Shown: one piece after another, positions 1-7,140 of the stretch
Position numbering within the stretch: the stretch's first letter is position 1
Layout: every line of letters begins with the position of its first letter
Assembly: GCA_045106895.1 (NCBI GenBank)
Contig: JBGCFM010000010.1
Span: 1 to 64,000, forward strand
Length of the DNA: 64,000 nucleotides
Origin: Polyangiales bacterium
GTDB taxonomy: Bacteria > Myxococcota_A > Polyangia > Polyangiales > Houyiibacteriaceae
Reading direction: 5' to 3'
Notes under the pieces: model-generated
Databases searched by the model: none
Told to the model about the DNA's origin: nothing
What the model saw: the letters and a program-made list of their open reading frames with translations, nothing else
Translations under genes and position numbers: made by a program

Positions 1-193
1 GGTGGTGGACTTGCTTTACGGGGGCACGTCTCCCGACAAAGGCTTTGGGCCTTCGCCAGGAGACGCGGGCCGGTGCTACCTGACCTATCCGACGCCTGTG
101 CGACGACACAAGGTCGCTCCCGCCGGCGAATATCTCTATCGCGCCACGAAGACTGAGCAGGGTCACTGCCGATCACTCGGTGTATCATTGACC

Positions 194-580
194 GTGACCA
201 ACCCGAGAGACCTCTGTTACGAAGCCCTCGTCGCTGGCCTCCGCTTGCTCGGAGCAGACGCGAGTGTCCAGCTCTCGGCTTTGCCCGACTACGTCTACGT
301 GCCGGACGAAGTTCTCTCTGGCTTGGGAGAAACATTCATCTACCTCCCTCAGCTGTGCCGAGGTGGGAGCATCAACGATTCTGCTGCACAAGCGATTCGT
401 GCCGCCGACGCGTTCCTTGATGAGATGCCGACCGATCCGATTCTTGACGACCCCGAAAGCCTGCGAACACATCCCTTCTGGGCCCGTGCTCGGGACCTTG
501 CAAGGCACGCGCTCTCGGAGCTTGGAGAGACTCTGGAGGGCCCGGTGACGCTCGCTCACTACGAACGAGCCACGCGCTAA
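194..580 (+). CDS. Hypothetical protein (~128 aa), resembles small orphan immunity-like proteins
   Basis: ORF 2..580; GTG at 194 is preceded by TATCAT + 5 nt, so I take it as the start; helical C-terminal LRTHPFWARARDLARHAL. Confidence 0.5.
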   Translation: MTNPRDLCYEALVAGLRLLGADASVQLSALPDYVYVPDEVLSGLGETFIYLPQLCRGGSINDSAAQAIRAADAFLDEMPTDPILDDPESLRTHPFWARARDLARHALSELGETLEGPVTLAHYERATR

Positions 581-589
581 GGGGTCGCC

Positions 590-2392
590 CTAGAGGTAGC
601 CTTTGGCCTGAAGCGAAAATAGGTGCGCGTAGCGACCGTCGGCGGCGAGGAGGGTTTCGTGGTCGCCTTGCTCGACGACCTTGCCGTGGTCGATGACGAC
701 GATCTCGTCGGCCATGCGCACGGTGGAAAAGCGGTGGGAGATGAGGATGGCCATGCGCTCTTCGGCGAGGGAGCTGAAACGCTCGAAGATGGTGGCTTCG
801 GCTTCGGCGTCCATGGCTGCGGTGGGTTCATCCAAGATGAGCAGGTCCGCGTCCTCGCGCATGAACGCGCGGGCGAGGGCGACCTTTTGCCACTGCCCGC
901 CGGAGAGCTCCTGGCCGTCGACGAACCACCGACCGAGCTGCGTCTTGTAGCCGCCGGGAAGACCCTCGAGGATCTCGTCGGCCATGCCTTTCTCCGCCGC
1001 TTCTCGCCAGCGCGCTTCGTCTTCCACGTGGTCCACGTCGCCGACGCCGATGTTCTCGCCGGCGGCGAGCTGGTAGCGGACGAAGTCCTGGAAGATGACG
1101 CCGATGCGTTTGCGCAGAACGTCCGGGTCCCAATCGTTGAGGTCCACGCCGTCGAGGAGAATTCGGCCCTCCGTGGGTTTGTAGAGACGCGCGAGGAGCT
1201 TGATGAGCGTGGTCTTTCCCGCGCCGTTTTCGCCCACGAGGGCGAGCTTGCGGCCGGGCCGCAGGTGCAGGTTGATAGCCGTCAGCGCGGGCTTCGTCGC
1301 CCCCGGGTAGGCAAAGCCGACGTCTTCGAATCGCAGGCCGTCGCCGGGTTTCGTGCCGATGGTCTCGAGGCCCGGCGCGTCGCTTGGCTGGTAGTCGAGG
1401 AAGTCGTAGAGGTTTGAGAGGTAGAGGTTGTCTTCATACATGCCGCCGATGGACGAGAGGATGGCGGCAAGGGCGCTCTGGCCTTGCTTGAAGAGCAGCA
1501 GGTACATGGTCATCTCGCCCAATGAGATATTGGAGTGCGCTGCTTCGATGGCGATCCACACGTACGCGCCATAGAACGCGCCGGTGGCGATGAGACCTAG
1601 CAGCAGACCCCACATGCCGCGCTTGAGCTGGAGCGCGCGGTCTTCGGCGTAGACCTCGTCAAAGATGGCGCGATAGCGCGTGAGGAAGAACTCGCCGAGT
1701 CCAAAGAGCTTGACCTCCTTGGCGTGATCTTCGCGCGTGATGAGTGTCTCCAGGTAGTTCTGCATGCGCGTCTCCGGCGCGCGCCAAGAGAAGAGGCGAA
1801 ACGCGTCTTTGGAGAAACGCGCCTCGGCGATGAACGCTGGGATAGCCGCGACGACGAGCACGAGAGCCGCCCAAACGCTGAACTGAATCAAGAGGATCGC
1901 GTAGCTCGTCAGACTGATAGCCTGCTGGCCCAGCTGAAAAACGCGCATGACGACGCTCAGTGGCCGCCGGGAAGCTTCGCGCCGAGCGCGGGTCATCTTG
2001 TCGTAGAACTCCGCGTCTTCGAAGGCAGGCAAATCGAGGGTGAGCGCCTTGCGGAGAATCATCTCGTTGACCTCTTGGGCCAAGAGCGCGCGCAAGAGCT
2101 GAGTGCAGGTCTCGATGCCGCGTTGGCAAGCGGCGAGGATGGCGACAAGGCCGAGCTCGATGACAACGAATACGAGGGCCGCTTGAATGTCGGACTCGAG
2201 ACCGGTCTCCGAGGCCTTCACGACGCCATCGACGATGCGCTTGCCGACCCACGCGATACCGGCGGGGAGGGCGCCGGCGGTGAGGCTCAGCAGCGCTAGC
2301 GTGAGACTAAGTCGGCGGCTCGTCTGCCAGACGAGGCGCATGGCCGGCGCCGTAAAGCGCAACACGTTGAACTGCTCTCGAATACGACCCAA
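590..2392 (-). CDS. ABC exporter, fused permease + ATPase
   Basis: N-terminal TM helices; Walker A GENGAGKT, signature LSGGQWQK, Walker B LILDEP, H-loop ISHR. Confidence 0.95.
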   Translation of the reverse strand: MGRIREQFNVLRFTAPAMRLVWQTSRRLSLTLALLSLTAGALPAGIAWVGKRIVDGVVKASETGLESDIQAALVFVVIELGLVAILAACQRGIETCTQLLRALLAQEVNEMILRKALTLDLPAFEDAEFYDKMTRARREASRRPLSVVMRVFQLGQQAISLTSYAILLIQFSVWAALVLVVAAIPAFIAEARFSKDAFRLFSWRAPETRMQNYLETLITREDHAKEVKLFGLGEFFLTRYRAIFDEVYAEDRALQLKRGMWGLLLGLIATGAFYGAYVWIAIEAAHSNISLGEMTMYLLLFKQGQSALAAILSSIGGMYEDNLYLSNLYDFLDYQPSDAPGLETIGTKPGDGLRFEDVGFAYPGATKPALTAINLHLRPGRKLALVGENGAGKTTLIKLLARLYKPTEGRILLDGVDLNDWDPDVLRKRIGVIFQDFVRYQLAAGENIGVGDVDHVEDEARWREAAEKGMADEILEGLPGGYKTQLGRWFVDGQELSGGQWQKVALARAFMREDADLLILDEPTAAMDAEAEATIFERFSSLAEERMAILISHRFSTVRMADEIVVIDHGKVVEQGDHETLLAADGRYAHLFSLQAKGYL

Positions 2393-2460
2393 GGCGCCTA
2401 CCTTGGGTCTTCTTCCAGTATCGACAACCCCCCAAGAAATTCTGGTTGAGTCTGTGCGAC

Positions 2461-2811
2461 CTACTCGGGCCGCTCGTTGACGGTAGGTTCCTCCTCGTCA
2501 GGCTCTGGCTCGGGCCTGACCTGCGTGGTCTCCTGCCGCGTATTCACGTTCGGTCGCCGCTCGGCTACCGGGGATGTCGGGCGCGCCGGCGTGTTTGCCG
2601 TCGGCATCACCTCCGGCGGCTCTTCTTCGACGGCGACGTTTTCAGCTTCGGGCTCGGGTCCCAGAGGGTTGCCGGTGGGGTCTTCCATGGGTTGAGACTC
2701 CGGCGGTGCGACGGTGTTGGGTTCGGGGTCCGTGCTGCCGCACCCGAGGGCGGGGCCCACAAGGAGCGCGCTCGTGATCAGATAGCGCAGGTGACGTCGT
2801 TCGTTGCTCAT
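2461..2811 (-). CDS. Pro/Glu-rich lipoprotein, paralog 1 of tandem trio
   Basis: MSNERRHLRYLITSALLVGPALGC signal/lipobox shared with the next two ORFs; PTGNPLGPEPE motif. Confidence 0.85.
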   Translation of the reverse strand: MSNERRHLRYLITSALLVGPALGCGSTDPEPNTVAPPESQPMEDPTGNPLGPEPEAENVAVEEEPPEVMPTANTPARPTSPVAERRPNVNTRQETTQVRPEPEPDEEEPTVNERPE

Positions 2812-2817
2812 GGTCAC

Positions 2818-2847
2818 TTATACACCAGGCATACGAAGATCCTTGGG
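2818..2847 (-). promoter_or_regulatory. Conserved promoter copy 1 (CCCAAGGATCT-N11-GTGTATAA-N6-ATG)
   Basis: Same motif and spacing to ATG as in front of the other two paralogs. Confidence 0.7.
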
Positions 2848-2852
2848 CCGTA

Positions 2853-3386
2853 CTATTCAGAAGTCGGACGCCGACGCGGTTCCCGAGTCCGGTCCCGACG
2901 GTTGTTCACGTACGGGCGACGTTCGCGCGGGCGCATATCCTGCTCGGGCACCATGCGAGGCTGCACCATTCGAGGCTCCGGCTCCGGGCCCACGGGGTTG
3001 CCTGTAGGCGGAGGGGGAATGGGCTCCATGACAGCCGCAGGCTCGGGTCTCGGGGCAGCGGGGTTGCCCACGGGGGGATGTTCGGCGGCGACCGAGCCGA
3101 CGGGATGCTGATCCGTTGGCGCTGCGATGGCTTGCCCCGTCGCCTCCACTTCGTCCAGTTCCGCCGCTTCCCCCGAGGGTTGCCCCGTCGCCTCCACTTC
3201 CCCCGCTTCCACCGCTTCCCCCGAGGGTTGGCCCGTCTCATCCAAAGGCCCCACCGGGTTGCCCGTGGGTTGTTGCTCGATAGGAACCGTTTGAGTGTCT
3301 GTTTCGGCGCTGCCGCAGCCGAGCGCGGGCCCAACGAGCAGGGCGCTGGTGATGAGGAAGCGGAGATGACGTCGTTCGTTGCTCAT
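2853..3386 (-). CDS. Pro/Glu-rich lipoprotein, paralog 2 of tandem trio
   Basis: MSNERRHLRFLITSALLVGPALGC; PTGNPVGP twice, PVGNP, PYVN. Confidence 0.85.
   Translation of the reverse strand: MSNERRHLRFLITSALLVGPALGCGSAETDTQTVPIEQQPTGNPVGPLDETGQPSGEAVEAGEVEATGQPSGEAAELDEVEATGQAIAAPTDQHPVGSVAAEHPPVGNPAAPRPEPAAVMEPIPPPPTGNPVGPEPEPRMVQPRMVPEQDMRPRERRPYVNNRRDRTREPRRRPTSE
3132..3237. repeat. 48-bp coding tandem repeat (TGQPSGEAxExxEVEA, ~2.2 copies)
   Basis: ttgccccgtcgcctccacttc at 3132 and 3180, partial third copy at 3228. Confidence 0.85.
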
Positions 3387-3392
3387 GGCTCG

Positions 3393-3421
3393 TTATACAC
3401 GTCGCTGACGAGAACCTTGGG
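3393..3421 (-). promoter_or_regulatory. Conserved promoter copy 2 (CCCAAGGTTCT-N10-GTGTATAA-N6-ATG)
   Basis: + strand ttatacac at 3393-3400 and agaaccttggg at 3411-3421. Confidence 0.7.
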
Positions 3422-3426
3422 TATTG

Positions 3427-3837
3427 CTACCTCTCCGACGGTAGGGGAGGAGTGTTGATGCGAGGCCGGTTCTCCGGCGGTGGTTCTGGGGGGCGTCTTC
3501 CAAGGTTTGGTCGGGGCGGCTGCTCTTCGGCCACCTCCGCGATGCTGGGGCTCTCTTCCTCGGGCGACTCATCGGTGGAGTCAGCGCTTGTCTCTGGCTC
3601 TGGCTCTGGCTCTGGCTGCACCGGTGGTTCAAGAGGCTCTGGCTCCGGGCCGCCGGGGTTGCCTGTGGGGTCCCGCTCCACCTCGATGGGGACCGGCGTG
3701 TTCACTACCGGCTCTTCAACTGTCGCCGTCTCCGTCGCCATCTCCGTCTCCATCTCCGTGCCACTGCAGCCTAAAGCCGGGCCCACAAGGAGCGCGCTCG
3801 TGATCAAAAAGCGTAGATGACGTCGTTCATTGCTCAT
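3427..3837 (-). CDS. Pro/Glu-rich lipoprotein, paralog 3 of tandem trio
   Basis: MSNERRHLRFLITSALLVGPALGC; PTGNPGGPEPEP, PVVNTP, PRINTP. Confidence 0.85.
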   Translation of the reverse strand: MSNERRHLRFLITSALLVGPALGCSGTEMETEMATETATVEEPVVNTPVPIEVERDPTGNPGGPEPEPLEPPVQPEPEPEPETSADSTDESPEEESPSIAEVAEEQPPRPNLGRRPPEPPPENRPRINTPPLPSER

Positions 3838-3843
3838 GAGTAC

Positions 3844-3872
3844 TTATACACCCCTTCGGCGAGAACCTTGGG
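3844..3872 (-). promoter_or_regulatory. Conserved promoter copy 3 (CCCAAGGTTCT-N10-GTGTATAA-N6-ATG)
   Basis: + strand ttatacac at 3844-3851 and agaaccttggg at 3862-3872. Confidence 0.7.
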
Positions 3873-4441
3873 AAGGTTCACATGAGTCGCCCTCGATGCA
3901 TGAGTCGCCTGAGTTCTCAAGAGCGGGGCGCCCTGCTACTTTTGCAAGGTCATGCGCTATCTCTTCGCAGTCGTTGGGTTCGTTGCCTTCCTCACCAGTT
4001 GCGGCGAACCCGTCGTCTCACCGCAGCGCCCGGAGCGCGGGTTCGAGATCGGTGAGGTCATCGAGCTCAAGCTGCAGGAACATACACACAGCAGCCATAT
4101 TTGGGTGGCGACTTCAGCGACGAGCTTCGCGCGAGTGTCATCGACGGTATCGTTCGTCTCGGATGCGCCCGACCGTTTTCCGCGTTAGCGTCGAACCGAC
4201 GCGCCTCCCAGAATCGGACACACCACCGCTTCTCTTCGGCCAACCACTCGTCGTTGGCCAGGCGCGAGTGCTGCTTGTGGCCCGGCTCCCAGGCCAGCGC
4301 ATTTCCGTATGCGAAGGGGAAGCGTGCAGCACCCTCGAGCGGCAGTTCAGCCCAAGTCTGTACGATTTCTACTAAGCCGTCGTACATCGAGCCTTAGGCG
4401 CAGTTGTGCTCCACCTGTCTGCGAACCTTGGGAAGGTTCAC
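3863..4441. repeat. 19-bp palindromic direct repeat GAACCTTGGGAAGGTTCAC at 3863-3881 and 4423-4441
   Basis: Exact duplicate 560 bp apart; internal 7-3-7 inverted repeat. Confidence 0.85.
3952..4188 (+). CDS. Short putative lipoprotein, possibly a frameshifted remnant continuing into 4101..4397
   Basis: MRYLFAVVGFVAFLTSC signal and lipobox; conflicts with antisense ORF 4067..4387. Confidence 0.35.
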   Translation: MRYLFAVVGFVAFLTSCGEPVVSPQRPERGFEIGEVIELKLQEHTHSSHIWVATSATSFARVSSTVSFVSDAPDRFPR

Positions 4442-5643
4442 TGGCGACGGCGCAGGAAGAGGAGGGCGGCAAGGACTGACAGCATGGACGCCGGCGCGCG
4501 ACCACCACCGGCCGCACATCCGCCTTCGTCCTCCGGTGGATCGACGGGGCCGGGGCCCGGTCCGGGGCCGCCGGGTTCATCGTCGGTGCACTCAAATTCG
4601 ATGCAGCTCTGCCCACTCGGGCACGTGCCTTCGTCCGCGATGCCGTCGCAGTCGTCGTCGAAGAGGTTGCAGGTCTCGACTTCGGGCGGGCCAGGCACGC
4701 AGTCGTCGATGTCGCAGGTGGAGGAGTTTCGGCGGCACCAGCCCGTTCCGCATTGCGGACGCGTGCGCTCGTCGATGTCTCCGTCGCAGTCGTTATCGAT
4801 GAGATCACAGACCTCCTCGGCGTCAGGGTTGCGCTCTTCGTCATCCGGCGCGCAGTCGCCGGCCCGTGCCGCCCAACGGCCGCCGGGTTCGCTGCACCCA
4901 AAGAACTCCTCGCCACTATCGCGTTCTTCTCGGGAGTAGAAGCCGTCGCGGTCCGCGTCGGGATAGTGCGTCACCTCTTCGGCATCGTCGTCGATGATAT
5001 CGTTGCAGTTGTCGTCGCGCTGGTTGCATGGCTCGTCGGCCTCGGGGTGAACCTGGTCCCAGAAGTCGTCGCAGTCGCCTGGTCGCGAGACGTAGTTTTC
5101 GCCGGGTTCGCCTGCACAGAAGAGCCGAGTGCGCTCGCTCCCCCAGCCGTCGGTGTCTTGGTCCTGGTAGTAGATCTCTCCCTCACACCCGACCACGAAA
5201 TCGAACTCGTCATCGCTGCCTCGATCGCCTCCGCGCCCGCGGTCGGCGTTTGTCATGAGCGTGGAGATGTTGAAACGAATCGCGCCGGCTGTGGGTGTGA
5301 AAGCGAACTGAACCTCCACGCTGTCGCCGCTCACATTCAAAGGGCCGTCGTGGGTGAGGCCAGCGTCCACGCGTCGTGTGTCTGCGCCGGGGGAGAGGGT
5401 GCCGCCTTCGACGCGGATGAAGAAGCCGAGCCCTTCGCCTTCGCCGCGCACGATGAGGCGCATCTCTTGCGACTCGCCCTCCCGAAGGTCGCCGAGGGGA
5501 ATTAGCTCCGTGACCTGTTCGCCGGCGCCGTGGCATCCGGTACAACCGTTGAAAGAGACGCCGCGTGAGAAGGCGTGGGCGTCTGCGGCGATAAGCAGGA
5601 GCGCGAGCGTCGCGGCGACTCCAAGCGTCCTTTGAAACAGCAC
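4438..5643 (-). CDS. Secreted surface protein: CxxCH + reeler-like N-domain, MopE-like Cys/Asp repeats, MYXO-CTERM
   Basis: Signal AHA|F; GCTGCH; DCDD..HP.A.E.CN..DDNC repeats; C-terminal GGCAAG..TM..RRRQ. Confidence 0.85.
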   Translation of the reverse strand: MLFQRTLGVAATLALLLIAADAHAFSRGVSFNGCTGCHGAGEQVTELIPLGDLREGESQEMRLIVRGEGEGLGFFIRVEGGTLSPGADTRRVDAGLTHDGPLNVSGDSVEVQFAFTPTAGAIRFNISTLMTNADRGRGGDRGSDDEFDFVVGCEGEIYYQDQDTDGWGSERTRLFCAGEPGENYVSRPGDCDDFWDQVHPEADEPCNQRDDNCNDIIDDDAEEVTHYPDADRDGFYSREERDSGEEFFGCSEPGGRWAARAGDCAPDDEERNPDAEEVCDLIDNDCDGDIDERTRPQCGTGWCRRNSSTCDIDDCVPGPPEVETCNLFDDDCDGIADEGTCPSGQSCIEFECTDDEPGGPGPGPGPVDPPEDEGGCAAGGGRAPASMLSVLAALLFLRRRQ

Positions 5644-5682
5644 GCCGTGACTATAGCAGACGCGCCTCGCCGGACGTCATCG

Positions 5683-6588
5683 CTACGACTTGGTTCGCTT
5701 GCGGACGAGACCTTCTTGTACCGTCGAAGCCACGAGGATGCCGTTTTGGTCATACCAAGAGCCATGGGCGAGGCCGCGCGCGCCCACCGCCGTCGGTGCC
5801 TTCATGTCGTAGAGCAGCCACTCGTCGAAACGGAAAGGGCGGTGGAAGTACATCGAGTGATCGAGGCTAGCCACCTGCATTCCAGGGGTCATCCACGTTG
5901 CTCCGTGGGGCAACATGGAGGTGCCGAGGAGGTAGAAGTCCGAAGCGTAGGCGAGGAGGTAACGATGAATGGCGGGGTCATCGGGGAGCGCGCCGTTTGC
6001 ACGAAACCAGACTTGGTTCGCGGGCTCGTGCTTCTTGGGCCGCATCGGATCGATGTGCCGTGTCAGGCGAAGCTCGATGGGTCGCTCGGCGACGGCGCGC
6101 TCTCGAAGCGCCGGGGGGATCCTCTCCAGGACCTTCTCAGGGAGCTTCGCGAGATAGGTTTTCGAGAGTTCGCGCTCGCTGTAGAGACCTTCCGGGCCCG
6201 GCGCCTCCGGCATTGAAGGCTGATGGTCGAAGCCCTCTTCTTGAATCTGAAAGGACGCTGAGAGCGAAAAGATCGCCTCGTCCTTGCCGCTGCTTCGGAC
6301 CTGGCTGGCGACGACGCGGCGAGTCGTAAAGCTGCGACCATCGCGAATGCGGTCCACCTCGAAACGAATCTCTTTGTCGACGTCGCCGGGCCGGAGAAAG
6401 TAGCCGTGAAAAGAATGAACCACGCGGTCTTCCGGCACCGTTTGTGCCGCAGCCGAGAGCGCTTGGCCAAGAACCTGTCCGCCGAAGACGCGACCCCAGC
6501 CCAGGTTCTGACTCTGACCTACGAAGGTGTTGTCGTCGCTGCGTTCCAGCTTGAGGAGGGAGATCAGCTCATCGAGTATTTTGCTCAT
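5683..6588 (-). CDS. tesB: Acyl-CoA thioesterase II
   Basis: RVFGGQVLGQAL, VHSFHGYFLRPGD, RDGRSFTTRRV, LAYASD, SLDHSMYFHRP, QEGL. Confidence 0.95.
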   Translation of the reverse strand: MSKILDELISLLKLERSDDNTFVGQSQNLGWGRVFGGQVLGQALSAAAQTVPEDRVVHSFHGYFLRPGDVDKEIRFEVDRIRDGRSFTTRRVVASQVRSSGKDEAIFSLSASFQIQEEGFDHQPSMPEAPGPEGLYSERELSKTYLAKLPEKVLERIPPALRERAVAERPIELRLTRHIDPMRPKKHEPANQVWFRANGALPDDPAIHRYLLAYASDFYLLGTSMLPHGATWMTPGMQVASLDHSMYFHRPFRFDEWLLYDMKAPTAVGARGLAHGSWYDQNGILVASTVQEGLVRKRTKS

Positions 6589-7109
6589 AGCGCCCGCGTT
6601 TTCTTGGACGCCGGTTTGGGTCCAACGAGAGTCTTCAACGTGGCCGTCGCGACCTTTTTGCCGTTCGGGTCAAACATATGCACCGGCACGTCGTACTCCC
6701 GCCGCTCCGAGGTTTCCACGAGGGGACCGTCGCAGCGCGCGGTGATGTTTCCGCGGGCCTTGTGGTGGTACTCGATAGAGAGGCCCGCGACGATGAAGCG
6801 CGCGTCGTCGGGCATCGAGTAGGCGAGGGCGACGTTTCCGGCCAGCTCCGCCAAGTTCACAAGAGCGATGGCGTGGACGCAGCGCAGGTGGTTTCGAACG
6901 GCGGGGCGGTCCTTGAGAACGACGCGACTTTTCCCTGCTGCCACGTGTTCCACCGACGCCCCAATGGTTCCTGTGTAGGGCGCCAATCGTCCGACCAGCT
7001 GGCTGAAGGCCCAGCGTCCGCCGGGGACTTTGTGGAGGCGATCCCACGCGTCGCGGACCACGTTGCGCTCGCCGCTGTCGATGGGAATGAACTTCGCGAG
7101 GTTCGGCAT
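6585..7109 (-). CDS. Hotdog-fold thioesterase (DUF4442/PaaI-like)
   Basis: APYTGTI, NHLRCVHAIAL.NLAE, SIEYHHKARG; start MPNLAK at 7109; stop overlaps tesB start. Confidence 0.85.
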   Translation of the reverse strand: MPNLAKFIPIDSGERNVVRDAWDRLHKVPGGRWAFSQLVGRLAPYTGTIGASVEHVAAGKSRVVLKDRPAVRNHLRCVHAIALVNLAELAGNVALAYSMPDDARFIVAGLSIEYHHKARGNITARCDGPLVETSERREYDVPVHMFDPNGKKVATATLKTLVGPKPASKKTRAL

Positions 7110-7140
7110 GGGCAAAGCGTGGCACGCAGCGCCCACTTGG

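Noticed and set aside
2740..3872. Three spaced near-identical DNA blocks as a CRISPR array or integron cassette array
   Set aside because: The repeats are coding signal-peptide sequence plus promoter, spaced 450-575 bp apart; no cas or integrase gene and no attC-like structure.
590..5643. Complete RiPP biosynthetic gene cluster
   Set aside because: No radical SAM (CxxxCxxC), YcaO, Lan, lasso cyclase or RRE protein is recognisable in the window; only candidate substrates and an exporter.
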